NCBI GenBank assembly: GCA_046744485.1
Contig: JBKPHE010000111.1
Location: 2,590-66,589, forward strand
Direction: 5' to 3'
Length of the DNA: 64,000 nt
Source of the DNA: Actinomycetota bacterium
Lineage (GTDB): Bacteria; Actinomycetota; Acidimicrobiia; Acidimicrobiales; VFJN01
Shown here: in pieces, positions 43,744-53,196 of the stretch
Numbering within the stretch: position 1 is the first letter of the stretch
Layout of the letters: every line of letters starts with the position of its first letter
Made by a program: the position numbers and the translations under genes
Notes under the pieces: generated by a model
Told to the model about the DNA's origin: nothing
The model's input: only the letters and a program-made list of their open reading frames with translations
The model's database searches: none

Positions 43744-44976
43744 ATGGACGACAGACCCCGAAATCTCCGGGCCATGCTCGCGGAGGTCAAGGACCTCTCG
43801 GAGCTCATGGTCGATCTTGCCTACGCCGCCCTCTATTTCGGCGATCCCGACATGGCGGAGGAGGTCGGCGCCCTCGAGGAGCGCATGGATGCGCTGGTGC
43901 ACGACATGCGCTCCGTCTGCGTCATGGCCGCCCGCAACCCCCGCGAGGCCGATGCCATGGCGTCGGTGTTGCAGGTGATCTCTGCCATCGAGCGCATCGC
44001 CAACGCCGCCGTCGACATCGCCCGGATCGTCACCCACCGCCTCGGCATCCCCCGCGAGCTGGTTGCCGACCTGTCCAACGCCGAGGAGGTGTCGCACCGC
44101 GTGCGGGTGCGGGACGGCTCGCACCTCGCGCGCCGCCCGCTGGCCGACCTCGAGCTGCCGGTCCAGACCGGCATGCGGATCGTCGCCATCCGGCGTGACC
44201 GGGAGTGGATCACCGACGTGGAGGGCGAGGAGATCATGCTCCCGGGCGACGTGCTGTTCCTGCGGGGATCCCCGGCCGGCATCACGCGCCTCAGGGAGCT
44301 CGCCGCCGCCCCACTGTGGGAGCCGCCGACACCGCCGGAGGACGGCACGCTCACCGACCTAGACCGGGCCATTGACGTACTGGTCGAGATGAAGAACGTC
44401 TCCGAGACGGCGGTAGGCCTGGCCTACTCGGCGCTCGTGCTGCGCGACCTGGGGCTGGCCGCCGAGGTGCGCCACCTGGAGGACCGCCTCGACGAGATGA
44501 AGGACCGCCTGGAGCTGTGGGTGCTGCGCGCCAGCTCGGGCGACATCGATCCCGCACCGCTGCGGGGACTGCTGCACCTGTCGCAGGCCGCCGAGGACCT
44601 GGGTGACTCGGCGCAGCAGATGGTCTGGCTGATCGAGAAGCACGAGGAGGTGCACCCGATCATCAAGATCGCGCTGGGGGAGAGCGACGAGGTGGTCGTG
44701 CGGGTCCCCGTGGGCCCCGGGTCGCCCGCCGACGGTGCCACCCTCCACGAGCTCCAGCTCGACGTTGATCCCGGGTTCCACGTGCTCGCCGTGCGGCGCG
44801 GTGGCCGCTACGTCTACTCGCCCCGCGGTCACGTCGTGCTGCACTCGGGGGACGAGCTCATCGCCAGCGGGCCCGACGAGGGCCACCCCCTGCTCGCGGC
44901 TCGCCTGGGCTGGCGTCTCGAGGAGGACGAGGACACGGGCCAGGAGCGGCTCGAACCCCTGGCCGGCGTCGGCTGA
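43744..44976 (+). CDS. cytosolic regulator with duplicated PhoU-like plus TrkA-C (RCK_C) modules
   Basis: 410-aa ORF. Two repeats each pair a helical PhoU-like segment (ELMVDLAYAALYFGD / ETAVGLAYSALVLRD) with a TrkA-C-like beta domain (LADLELPVQTGMRIVAIRR / LHELQLDVDPGFHVLAVRR). Confidence 0.7.
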   Translation: MDDRPRNLRAMLAEVKDLSELMVDLAYAALYFGDPDMAEEVGALEERMDALVHDMRSVCVMAARNPREADAMASVLQVISAIERIANAAVDIARIVTHRLGIPRELVADLSNAEEVSHRVRVRDGSHLARRPLADLELPVQTGMRIVAIRRDREWITDVEGEEIMLPGDVLFLRGSPAGITRLRELAAAPLWEPPTPPEDGTLTDLDRAIDVLVEMKNVSETAVGLAYSALVLRDLGLAAEVRHLEDRLDEMKDRLELWVLRASSGDIDPAPLRGLLHLSQAAEDLGDSAQQMVWLIEKHEEVHPIIKIALGESDEVVVRVPVGPGSPADGATLHELQLDVDPGFHVLAVRRGGRYVYSPRGHVVLHSGDELIASGPDEGHPLLAARLGWRLEEDEDTGQERLEPLAGVG

Positions 44977-45087
44977 TCCCTCGTTCCCGTCGGCGCTGAG
45001 GTCCAATGCGGTACCCGAGCGCTGACAGTCCGGCCCGACCCCCACCGCCGCCCCGTGATCGCGTCGGTCTTCGACCGCCACGTGCTC

Positions 45088-46338
45088 TCAGACGTAGCCG
45101 CGGAGTCGGGTGGCGTCGGCGACGCGGCGGATCCCGATGGCGAACGCGGCCTGGCGCAGGGTCACGCCGTGCTCCTCGGCGAACGCAAGCGTGTCGTGGG
45201 ACGCCTTGGCCAGCCGATCGGCCAGCTCGGCCAGGAAGCGGTCTTCCTTCCACGTGAACTGCTGGATGTTCTGCGTCCACTCGAAGTACGAGCCCGTGAC
45301 ACCGCCGGCGTTGGCGAGGACGTCGGGCACCACCAGCACGTCGCGGTCGCGCAGGATCTTGTCGGCGCCCGGGGTGGTCGGGTGGTTGGCGGCCTCGACC
45401 ACGATGCGTGCCCGAACCCGGTCGGCGTTGTCCTCGGTGATGACGCCCTCGACGGCGGCAGGGATGAGCACGTCCGCGTCCAGCTCGATGAGCTCCTGGT
45501 TGGTCACGGGCTCGATGCCGCCCGTCCCCGCCAGGTCGACGACCGATCCGCCGGCCCGCACGGTGGCGATGGCCTTCGCCACGTCCAGCCCCTCGGGGTG
45601 GACGATGCCCCCCTTCACGTCGGAGACCGCCACCACCGTCGCTCCCCGCTCAGCCAGCTCGTGGGCCACCCAGCTGCCGACATTGCCGAACCCCTGCACC
45701 GCCACCCGCTGGGCCGCCAGGTCGACGCCCCGGTGGGGGCAGCAGGCGTCGAGCACGTAGACGACCCCGCGGCCGGTGGCGGAGTCGCGTCCGGGAGCCC
45801 CGCCGAAGTCCAGCGGCTTGCCGGTGACGATGGCCGGGCTGTAGCCGTGCACCGACGAGTAGGCATCCATCATCCACGCCATCACCTGGGCGTTGGTGTT
45901 GAGGTCGGGGGCGGGGATGTCGCGGTAGACGCCCAGGACGTGATGGATCGACTGGGTGAAGCGCCGGGTCATGCGCTGCAGCTCGTCGGTGCTCATCCCG
46001 GTAGGGTCCACCTCGATGCCGCCCTTCGCCCCGCCGAAGGGCAGCTCCATGAGTGCGGTCTTCCAGGTCATCAGCGACGCCAGGGCGCGGACCTCGTCGA
46101 GGTCGGCGTTCAGGTGGAAGCGCACGCCCCCCTTGTACGGACCCCGGGCGCCGTTGTGCTGCACCCGGTAGCCCCTCGCCACCATCAGCTCGCCGTCGTC
46201 GAGCCGCACCGGCACCTGCACCGCCACCTCGCGGTAGCTGGTGGTGAGGATGCCGTACAGGTCGTCGTCGAGGTCGATGACCCGAGCGGCCTCCGTGAAG
46301 TACTGGTTGACCGCGTCGATCGCGGACTGCTCGGGCAC
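45088..46338 (-). CDS. gdhA: Glu/Leu/Phe/Val dehydrogenase family, glutamate dehydrogenase
   Basis: GTG at 46338 lies 5 nt after GAGGAGG, giving 416 aa. Motifs HNGARGPYKGGVRFH, LPFGGAKGG and GFGNVGSW. Confidence 0.9.
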   Translation of the reverse strand: MPEQSAIDAVNQYFTEAARVIDLDDDLYGILTTSYREVAVQVPVRLDDGELMVARGYRVQHNGARGPYKGGVRFHLNADLDEVRALASLMTWKTALMELPFGGAKGGIEVDPTGMSTDELQRMTRRFTQSIHHVLGVYRDIPAPDLNTNAQVMAWMMDAYSSVHGYSPAIVTGKPLDFGGAPGRDSATGRGVVYVLDACCPHRGVDLAAQRVAVQGFGNVGSWVAHELAERGATVVAVSDVKGGIVHPEGLDVAKAIATVRAGGSVVDLAGTGGIEPVTNQELIELDADVLIPAAVEGVITEDNADRVRARIVVEAANHPTTPGADKILRDRDVLVVPDVLANAGGVTGSYFEWTQNIQQFTWKEDRFLAELADRLAKASHDTLAFAEEHGVTLRQAAFAIGIRRVADATRLRGYV

Positions 46339-46381
46339 GGCGACCTCCTCGGGCGCCGACGTTCGGATTGGCGGTGAGGGC

Positions 46382-47443
46382 TCAGTCGGGCGGGGGCGCG
46401 ACCGGTGGCTCCGATGACGGTGGACGAGGAGCGCGGGCGGCGGGACTGGTTGCGGCGTCGGGAACCGGCGGGGGCTCAGCGCCGTCGCCGCCCGTGCCGT
46501 TGCTGTTGTTGCCGCCCAGCAGGTCGGCCACGGCGGTGAGCGACCCGGCGATGCCGGCAAGCTCCGTGGGCACCACGATTTTGGTGGCCCGCCCGTCGGC
46601 CATGGCGCGGAGCGCCTCGAGGTACTTGATGGTGAGCAGCGGAGTGTCGGGCGCGCCCTCGTGGATCGCGCCGTAGACCGACAGGATGGCCCCGGCCTCG
46701 CCCTCGGCGACGGTCTCCTGGCGGAACTTCTCGGCCTCGGCCACCCGCTGGATGGCTTCCGCCTCGCCCTCGGCCCGCAGGATGCGCTGTTGCTTGTCGC
46801 CCTCGGCCCGCAAGACGACGGCCTGCTTGTCGCCCTCGGCGCGGGTGATGGCCGCCTGCCGTTCGCCCTCGGCCGACGTCACCACGGCCCTGCGGGTCCG
46901 CTCGGCCTTCATCTGCTCGTGCATCGCGTGCATGACGTCGGCCGGTGGCTCGATCCGTTGGATCTCGACGCGGGCCACCCGGACACCCCACTTGTCGGTG
47001 GCGTCGTCCAGGATCTCGCGCAGCTCGGTGTTGATCTTCTCGCGCGATGTCAGCGCCTCGTCGAGCTGCATGTCGCCGATCAGGTTGCGCAGGTTGGTCT
47101 GCGCCAGCTTGGTCACGGCCAGCATGAAGTTGGCAACGTTGTAGACCAGGCGCTGCGGCTCGGTCGGCTCGTAGTAGATGACGGCGTCGACCGAGACCAC
47201 CACGTTGTCCTCGGTGATGACCTCCTGGGGCGGCACGTCGACGACCTGCTCCCGCATGTCCACGGGCCGCAGCGTCTGGTAGATGGGCGCGATGAGGTGG
47301 AAGCCCGGGTCGACCGTCTCCTTGTACTTGCCGAGCTGCTCGACCAAGCCCTTCTGATAGGGACGGACGATGCGCACCCCCGCCGCTACGTAGACGATCA
47401 CGATGACCGCGAAGACGATGAGCAGGACGGTCACTGCGGTCAC
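46382..47443 (-). CDS. SPFH/band-7 (stomatin-like) family protein
   Basis: 353-aa ORF. N-terminal TM helix, an SPFH core (ITEDNVVVSVDAVIYY), a coiled AEGE-repeat region, and a Pro/Gly-rich tail. Confidence 0.85.
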   Translation of the reverse strand: MTAVTVLLIVFAVIVIVYVAAGVRIVRPYQKGLVEQLGKYKETVDPGFHLIAPIYQTLRPVDMREQVVDVPPQEVITEDNVVVSVDAVIYYEPTEPQRLVYNVANFMLAVTKLAQTNLRNLIGDMQLDEALTSREKINTELREILDDATDKWGVRVARVEIQRIEPPADVMHAMHEQMKAERTRRAVVTSAEGERQAAITRAEGDKQAVVLRAEGDKQQRILRAEGEAEAIQRVAEAEKFRQETVAEGEAGAILSVYGAIHEGAPDTPLLTIKYLEALRAMADGRATKIVVPTELAGIAGSLTAVADLLGGNNSNGTGGDGAEPPPVPDAATSPAARAPRPPSSEPPVAPPPD

Positions 47444-47468
47444 GGCGATACCTCCCTTGTCCTGAACC

Positions 47469-47954
47469 TCATTGCTCGAGCTCGTCGGGGGCCGAGGTCG
47501 AAAGCTGGTCGACGGCGGCGACGATCACCCGGGTACCCTGCACGTCCGCGACTCGGACGGCGGTGCCAGTGGGGATCGCCGATCCGTCGGTCGACTGGGC
47601 CCGCCACTGCTCCCGGTCGACGCGCACGAGCCCGACGTCCCCGCCCGCGGGGATCTCGCGAAGCACGACCGCCGCCTGCCCCAGCAGGCGCCGAGAGCCG
47701 ATGCCGGTGTCGTCCACCGACCGGTTGAGGCGGTGCGCCAGCGGGCGCAGGGCGACCAGGACCGCGAGCGACACGCCCACGAAGACCAGCCACTCGATGA
47801 CGATGTCGACGCCGAGGAATGCCAGCACGGTGGCCACGAGGGCACCGATGGCGAAGGGCAGCATGAAGAACGACCCGGGGCTCGTCAGCTCGCCGATGGC
47901 GAACACGGCCGTGGCGATGATCCAGACCCACCGCCAGTCCTCGGGGCTGTCCAT
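47469..47954 (-). CDS. NfeD family membrane protein
   Basis: ATG at 47954 within the 278-aa ORF. Three TM helices, then an OB-like C-terminus (GLVRVDREQWRAQS...GTAVRVADVQGTRVIV). It lies immediately upstream of the SPFH gene, the classic pairing. Confidence 0.8.
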   Translation of the reverse strand: MDSPEDWRWVWIIATAVFAIGELTSPGSFFMLPFAIGALVATVLAFLGVDIVIEWLVFVGVSLAVLVALRPLAHRLNRSVDDTGIGSRRLLGQAAVVLREIPAGGDVGLVRVDREQWRAQSTDGSAIPTGTAVRVADVQGTRVIVAAVDQLSTSAPDELEQ

Positions 47955-48159
47955 TTGGTTTGCCTCGTGCGCTCCGCGTAGCGGGAACGGGGAACTGATG
48001 TCCCCTACACCAGGGAATCTATCCCGCCCCTGGACTCCAGGTGTGCTGCAGTGCGCGATCGATTCGCGCGCGGTCCAGCCCGACCCGGCAAACCGGGCTC
48101 GATGGCGTCGGTCTGCCGGCCCACTCGGGTCGAATTCGATGACGGTAGCGTGACCGGCG

Positions 48160-49155
48160 ATGAGCGAGCGTCCCGTAAGGGCGAGAGAGCGAGCCGGGCC
48201 CGAGCGGCCGTGGGAGCGGACAAGCAGCGCGTCGGAGCCCGAGCGGCCCGCCGCGAAGCAGCAAGAGCGGGAAGCATGGCCAGATCCTGAACTCTGCCTG
48301 CTCACGGTTCATGCACATCCCGACGACGAGGCGTCGAAGGGGGCCGGCACTGTCGCCCGCTATCACAAGGACGGTGTACGCACGGTGTTGGTGACGTGTA
48401 CCGGCGGCGAGGCCGGCGACATCCTCAACCCGGCGATGGACCGGCCCGAGGTGGCAGCCGACCTACCGGCGGTACGGCGCCGGGAGCTCGCCCGGGCGGC
48501 CGAGATCATCGGCTACGACGAGGTGGTCATGCTCGGCTACCGCGATTCGGGCATGCCCGACACCGAGCCGAACGAGCATCCCGACGCCTTCGCCAATGCC
48601 CCGCTCGACGAGGCCGTCGGGCGCTTGGTCGCCGTCATCCGCCGGGAGCGGCCGCAGGTGATCATCACCTACCCCGACGATCAGAGCGGCTATCCGCATC
48701 CCGACCACCTGCGGGTCCACGACATCTCCGTGCCGGCGTTCGAGCGCGCCGGCGACCCCGACGCCTATCCCGACGCCGGCGATCCCTGGCAACCGCTCAA
48801 GCTCTACTACGCGGTCTGGTCGCGCCGACGCATCGAGGCCATGCACCGACGTTTCGTCGAGCTCGGGCTCGAATCGCCGTTCCCTCCCGAGTGGTTCGAG
48901 CGCGAGTCCCAGGACGACCGCATCACAACGACGATCGACCTCGCCGGCTTCAACGAGGTGCGGCTCGACGCGCTGCTGGCGCACGAGACCCAGGTCGACC
49001 CCACGTCCCCGTTCTGGTTCGGCCTGCCGCGGGACGAGCAGGCCGCGATCCACCCGTTCGACGACTACATCCTCGCCCGCAGCCTGGTCGACACCGAGAA
49101 GCCCGAATCCGACCTCTTCGCCGGCATCCGCAGTCGGGTGGGCCGGCAGGCGTAG
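48160..49155 (+). CDS. mca: mycothiol S-conjugate amidase (PIG-L/LmbE deacetylase family)
   Basis: VHAHPDDEASKGAGTVARY, TCTGGEAGDILNP, GYPHPDH and C-terminal ESDLFAGI closely follow the mycobacterial Mca as I recall it. The in-frame start at 48160 adds a ~39-aa charged extension (see finding). Confidence 0.8.
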   Translation: MSERPVRARERAGPERPWERTSSASEPERPAAKQQEREAWPDPELCLLTVHAHPDDEASKGAGTVARYHKDGVRTVLVTCTGGEAGDILNPAMDRPEVAADLPAVRRRELARAAEIIGYDEVVMLGYRDSGMPDTEPNEHPDAFANAPLDEAVGRLVAVIRRERPQVIITYPDDQSGYPHPDHLRVHDISVPAFERAGDPDAYPDAGDPWQPLKLYYAVWSRRRIEAMHRRFVELGLESPFPPEWFERESQDDRITTTIDLAGFNEVRLDALLAHETQVDPTSPFWFGLPRDEQAAIHPFDDYILARSLVDTEKPESDLFAGIRSRVGRQA

Positions 49156-49182
49156 GCGAGCCTCGGAGCCATCGGACAGGTC

Positions 49183-49593
49183 GTGGGACGGGTCGGCTTT
49201 CTGGGGGCCGAGTGGTTGGCGCTGGCGCGCGAGCTGTTCGGCGACGTGGCGCCGTGCCGGGGGGCGACGGCACGGATCCAGCGCGTGGTCACAGGCACTC
49301 CGGACGGCGACGTGGTCTTCACGCTCACGTTCGAGGACGGGCGGTTGCTGGATGCGGCGCTCGCCGCGGGCCACGAACCGGACCCCGGCGCCGAGCTCAC
49401 GATCACGACCACATACGCCGACACGCTGCGGTTGGCGGCCGGTGATCTCGACCTCAACGTCGCGGTCATGCAGGGACGCGCCAAGGTGGCCGGGTCCATG
49501 AGCGCGCTACTGGCGATCCTGCCCGTCACCCGGAGCCGGGAGTTTCGGGCCGCCCGGGCCGCACTGCACGAGCGCACGGCCGCCCCCGAGTGA
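49183..49593 (+). CDS. SCP2 sterol-binding domain protein
   Basis: 136-aa ORF. GDLDLNVAVMQGRAKVAGSMSALLAI is typical of SCP2-fold proteins that sit next to mca/mshB-type genes. Confidence 0.65.
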   Translation: MGRVGFLGAEWLALARELFGDVAPCRGATARIQRVVTGTPDGDVVFTLTFEDGRLLDAALAAGHEPDPGAELTITTTYADTLRLAAGDLDLNVAVMQGRAKVAGSMSALLAILPVTRSREFRAARAALHERTAAPE

Positions 49594-49603
49594 CACCCGG
49601 CGG

Positions 49604-50467
49604 CTAGCCGCTTCGCTGGAGGGCCCGCAGCTCGCGGTAGCCGATGAGGCTGGCACCGGCCCGTTCGAGCATGGTGCGCAGGCTGCGGTCGGTGACGACG
49701 AGGTCGTGGTCGTCGACCCGCGCCGCCCAATCGCTGGTCAGCGCCCGCAGCTCGGGAGAATCGACGGCCGGGTGCACGTAGACCTCGGTCACGCCCGGTT
49801 GGAGGTCGTGGACGCTCCGCTCGATGTCACGGCGGCTGCCGACCCCACCCCGGACGTAGACGAAGTGGTCCGGGAAGACCGCGCCCTCCTCTTCGGCCAG
49901 CTTCCGGAAGGGAAATCCGATCGTGCGCTCGGTGGAGGCGCCGGACAGGCGGATGGGCAGGCCGAACTCGAGGGCCAGGTCGAGATAGATGTCGAAGAAC
50001 TCGGCCTTGAGCTGGAGCGTCCCCATGTGGCTGTCGAGGTGGCTCACGTCGAAGCCCCAGAGGATCGCCCGCTCAACCTGAGCGCGCAGCTCACGTCGGG
50101 CCTCGTCGAGGTCGGCATGGTCCCAGAGGTCGCGCTGGGTGCGGGGGAAGCCGCCGTCACCGTCGAGCAGCGAGGGGGCGTGCGTGATGGGCCCCCAGCG
50201 GTAGAGGTCGTGCTCGGCGTTGAGCGTGAGGTGGACCCCCACGTCCTCGCCCCGGTAGCGCGCCGCAGCCTCACGCGCCCACGGGCACGGAACCATCAAC
50301 GAGGCGCTGGTGGCGACGCCGTCGCGCAGTGCCTCGTAGACGCCAACGTTGGCGGCGTGGCACGAGCCCAGGTCGTCACAGTTGATGATCAGCACCCGGT
50401 CGTCGGGACCGTACCCGAGTCGTTCGGCGAGCGTGGCCATCGGACCGAGGCTATCGCCGGTCCTCAC
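49604..50467 (-). CDS. ChbG/HpnK (YdjC-like) carbohydrate deacetylase family protein
   Basis: 287-aa ORF (alternative ATG at 50440). LIINCDDLGSCHAANVG and VSHLDSHMG. Confidence 0.8.
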   Translation of the reverse strand: MRTGDSLGPMATLAERLGYGPDDRVLIINCDDLGSCHAANVGVYEALRDGVATSASLMVPCPWAREAAARYRGEDVGVHLTLNAEHDLYRWGPITHAPSLLDGDGGFPRTQRDLWDHADLDEARRELRAQVERAILWGFDVSHLDSHMGTLQLKAEFFDIYLDLALEFGLPIRLSGASTERTIGFPFRKLAEEEGAVFPDHFVYVRGGVGSRRDIERSVHDLQPGVTEVYVHPAVDSPELRALTSDWAARVDDHDLVVTDRSLRTMLERAGASLIGYRELRALQRSG

Positions 50468-50473
50468 GCCGCC

Positions 50474-51028
50474 TCAGCCGATGGACACGTCGGCGCTGCC
50501 GCATGCCGTCCAGAGGCCCGCGCCCGCGAGACGCGCCTGGCGCTCGGCCTGTGCGAAATCGGCCTGGTGAGCGGTGTTGGGCGGATAGGCGAGGGGCTCG
50601 GCGAAGCCGCCGGCCACCTGGGCGAGGTTCAGGAACAGGTCGTCACGGGCGCGGTAGGCGTACGCGAGGAGCCGGTCGTACTGGTCACGCGCCTCGACGT
50701 CGCGCTCCAGCCGGAGCGCCGTGCCGGGCGGCGCCAGGTCGGCGAGGTGGTGTGACGCCTCGGCCCCGAAGCACTCGTCGGGGCGATCGGGGGCGACGGT
50801 CTCGGGCGTGTCGATGCCGATGAGGCGCACGTGCTCGTCGCGGCCGGCGAGGTCGACCACCAACGTGTCGCCGTCGACGACCTCCACGACGGTTGCCCTG
50901 CCCAGGGGGCCCCGGGAGTCGGAGCGGCTCGGTGACACCTGGAACAAGACCACCGCGGCGACGGCGGTCGCGATGACCACCACCAGCCGCGTCTTTGCGC
51001 CGCGGCGAGGGCTTGCACTCGTGGACAA
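50474..51028 (-). CDS. thermonuclease (staphylococcal nuclease-like) family protein, membrane-anchored/secreted
   Basis: 184-aa ORF. N-terminal TM/signal helix, VVDGDTLVV, VRLIGIDTPE, and the QYDRLLAY pattern. Confidence 0.8.
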   Translation of the reverse strand: MSTSASPRRGAKTRLVVVIATAVAAVVLFQVSPSRSDSRGPLGRATVVEVVDGDTLVVDLAGRDEHVRLIGIDTPETVAPDRPDECFGAEASHHLADLAPPGTALRLERDVEARDQYDRLLAYAYRARDDLFLNLAQVAGGFAEPLAYPPNTAHQADFAQAERQARLAGAGLWTACGSADVSIG

Positions 51029-51157
51029 GGGGGCTCCCGAATGGTCGACGGCATCGCTTCGTGGCGGCGGGCGGCCGCGATCCGGGGAGTCCCGTACGGG
51101 GCAGGCAGGCAGCGGTGGAGCGGTAGGGCGGTGGCGTGGGGCCGGGACCCCGATCGC

Positions 51158-52336
51158 CTACGAACGCTCGATGATGGTGCCCGTGCCGAGGCCGCCGCCG
51201 CAGCACATCGTGATGAGCGCCGTGGATCCGTCGGTGCGCTCGAGCTCGTGGACCGCCTTGGTCATGAGGAACGCCCCGGTTGCCCCCAGCGGGTGGCCCA
51301 ACGCGATGGCGCCTCCGTTGGGGTTGGTGCGGTCGAGGTCGGCGCCCAGTTCGCGCTGCCACGCCAGCACCACCGACGCGAAGGCCTCGTTGATCTCGAC
51401 CAGGTCGATGTCGGCGAGTGCCATGCCCGTGCGGGCCAGCAGGCGCTGCGTGGCGTCGATCGGCCCGGTGAGCATGAGGATCGGATCCACGCCGACGAGG
51501 CAGGTGTCGACGACCCGGGCCCGGGCCCGCAGCCCCAGCTCGGCGGCCTTGTCGGCGGTCATCATGAGGAGCGCGGCGGCACCGTCGCTGATCTGGGACG
51601 AGCTGCCCGCGGTGTGGACCCCATCGGGTCGGGCCACGGGCTTGAGCGCGGCCAGCGCCTCGAGGCTGGTGTCGCGCAGGCCCTCGTCGCGGGCGACATG
51701 GTGGGTGGCGCCCGTCGGCTTGCCCTCGTCGTCGACGTCGGGGGCGTCGACCGGGACGACCTGGGTGTCGAACCGCCCCTCGGCCCAGGCCCCGGCAGCC
51801 CGCTGCTGGGACGACAGCCCGAACTCGTCGGTGTCGGTGCGCGTGATGCCCCATTTGTCGGCGATGCGTTCGGCGCCCTCGAACTGAGACGTGAACTCGT
51901 AGCGCGGGAAGTAGGTCTTGGGGATCGGCACGCCCAAGCCGAGCTTCTTGGACGAGTTGGACCCGATCGGCACCCGGGACATCAGCTCGACCCCACACGC
52001 GACGGCGACGTCGGCGACACCGGACGCCACCAGGCTGGTAGCCACGTTGGTCGCCTGCTGGGACGAGCCGCACTGGGTGTCGACGGTGGTGGCGGCGGTG
52101 CCGAGCGGGAGGCCGGCGCTCAGCCACGCGGTACGTGTGATGTTGAACGACTGCTCGCCCACTTGGCTCACGCATCCACCCACGACCTGCTCGACCTCGG
52201 CGGGATCGATGCCAGACCGACCGACGACCTCGCTCATGGCGACGCCGAGGAGGTCGGCCGGATGAACGGTGGACAGTCCGCCGTTGCGGCGCCCGACGGG
52301 CGTGCGCACGGCCTCGACGATCACGACGTCAGCCAT
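51158..52336 (-). CDS. acetyl-CoA C-acyltransferase (thiolase)
   Basis: 392-aa ORF. Active-site Cys context VDTQCGSSQQA, NPNGGAIALGHPLGATG and C-terminal CCGGGLGTG. Confidence 0.9.
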   Translation of the reverse strand: MADVVIVEAVRTPVGRRNGGLSTVHPADLLGVAMSEVVGRSGIDPAEVEQVVGGCVSQVGEQSFNITRTAWLSAGLPLGTAATTVDTQCGSSQQATNVATSLVASGVADVAVACGVELMSRVPIGSNSSKKLGLGVPIPKTYFPRYEFTSQFEGAERIADKWGITRTDTDEFGLSSQQRAAGAWAEGRFDTQVVPVDAPDVDDEGKPTGATHHVARDEGLRDTSLEALAALKPVARPDGVHTAGSSSQISDGAAALLMMTADKAAELGLRARARVVDTCLVGVDPILMLTGPIDATQRLLARTGMALADIDLVEINEAFASVVLAWQRELGADLDRTNPNGGAIALGHPLGATGAFLMTKAVHELERTDGSTALITMCCGGGLGTGTIIERS

Positions 52337-52387
52337 CGCCCCACGCTACTGGAGCGCCGGCGGACCACCCGAAGGCCGCGGCATCGA

Positions 52388-52654
52388 TCACCAGTGACGG
52401 TCGCGGCTGATCGCCTCGAGGACCAGCAGCAACAGCACCGCCCCGACGAACGCCACGAACACCGAGCCGATGTCGAAGTCGTCCATCACGTTGTTGTCGG
52501 CATCGGTCGCCAACCGGAACAGCACGCCGCCGATGAGGCCCCCGAGGACGCCGACGACGATCGTGACCAGGCAGCCGCCCCGCCGGGCACCGGTGACCCA
52601 CCGGGCCAGCGTGCCGGCGATGAGCCCCACGACGATCCAACCGAGGATGGTCAT
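52388..52654 (-). CDS. GlsB/YeaQ/YmgE family stress-response membrane protein
   Basis: 88-aa ORF. ILGWIVVGLIAGTLARWV and GVLGGLIGGVLF are typical. Confidence 0.8.
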   Translation of the reverse strand: MTILGWIVVGLIAGTLARWVTGARRGGCLVTIVVGVLGGLIGGVLFRLATDADNNVMDDFDIGSVFVAFVGAVLLLLVLEAISRDRHW

Positions 52655-52681
52655 CGGCGGCGCACGCTACCGCCCTGCCGC

Positions 52682-52897
52682 TCACGCCGCCGGGCGATCT
52701 CGGGCTCCGGGTGGTGCGCCTCCTCGGGTCGCGGGTCCCGGCCAGGCCGAAGCCTGGCCCCGGCGACGTGCCTGTGTGAGGGCGGCCCGGGCGTCGACCA
52801 GGCCCTTGCGGCCGATCGCGCGGGTCGCGTCGTCGAGCCGCCAGGCATGTGGCCGGTGCGGGTGGGAGCTGCTGATCAGGGTCAGTTGCTTCGTCAT
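52682..52897 (-). CDS. hypothetical small basic protein (71 aa)
   Basis: Internal ATG at 52897 of the 127-aa ORF. WRLDDATRAIGRKGLVDARAAL resembles a small conserved actinobacterial protein type I recall but cannot name. Confidence 0.35.
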   Translation of the reverse strand: MTKQLTLISSSHPHRPHAWRLDDATRAIGRKGLVDARAALTQARRRGQASAWPGPATRGGAPPGARDRPAA

Positions 52898-53196
52898 GGC
52901 CCCAGTATCCCGAGGGGGTGTGACAATTTGGGGCCCGTCGGCCACGGAGGCGCCATTGACCACTTCCAACATCATCATCCGCCCGCTCACGGCCGCCGCC
53001 CTCGACCGCTTCCTGGCGTTGGAGGGGCCCTCCCACGGTCCGCCAGGTCGCGACTTCCTCGCCACCGCCGCCGAGAACCACTACCGACCGCATTGGACGT
53101 GGGTGGCCGACGTTCGCTCCGGCGATCGATGAGGCGGAGTTGCTCGACGTACTCGAACGCCGGATCGTGATGACCTGAGCGCAGCCGTGGCCGAGT

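Noticed and set aside
52956-53178. Short plus-strand ORF (TTG 52956; MTTSNIIIRPLTAAALDRFLALEG...) resembling the first strand of a GNAT acetyltransferase, possibly continuing in another frame to 53178.
   Set aside because: Only about 60-70 codons are present, with no acetyl-CoA-binding motif, so it cannot be told apart from chance. At most it is another relic, and I did not list it as a feature.
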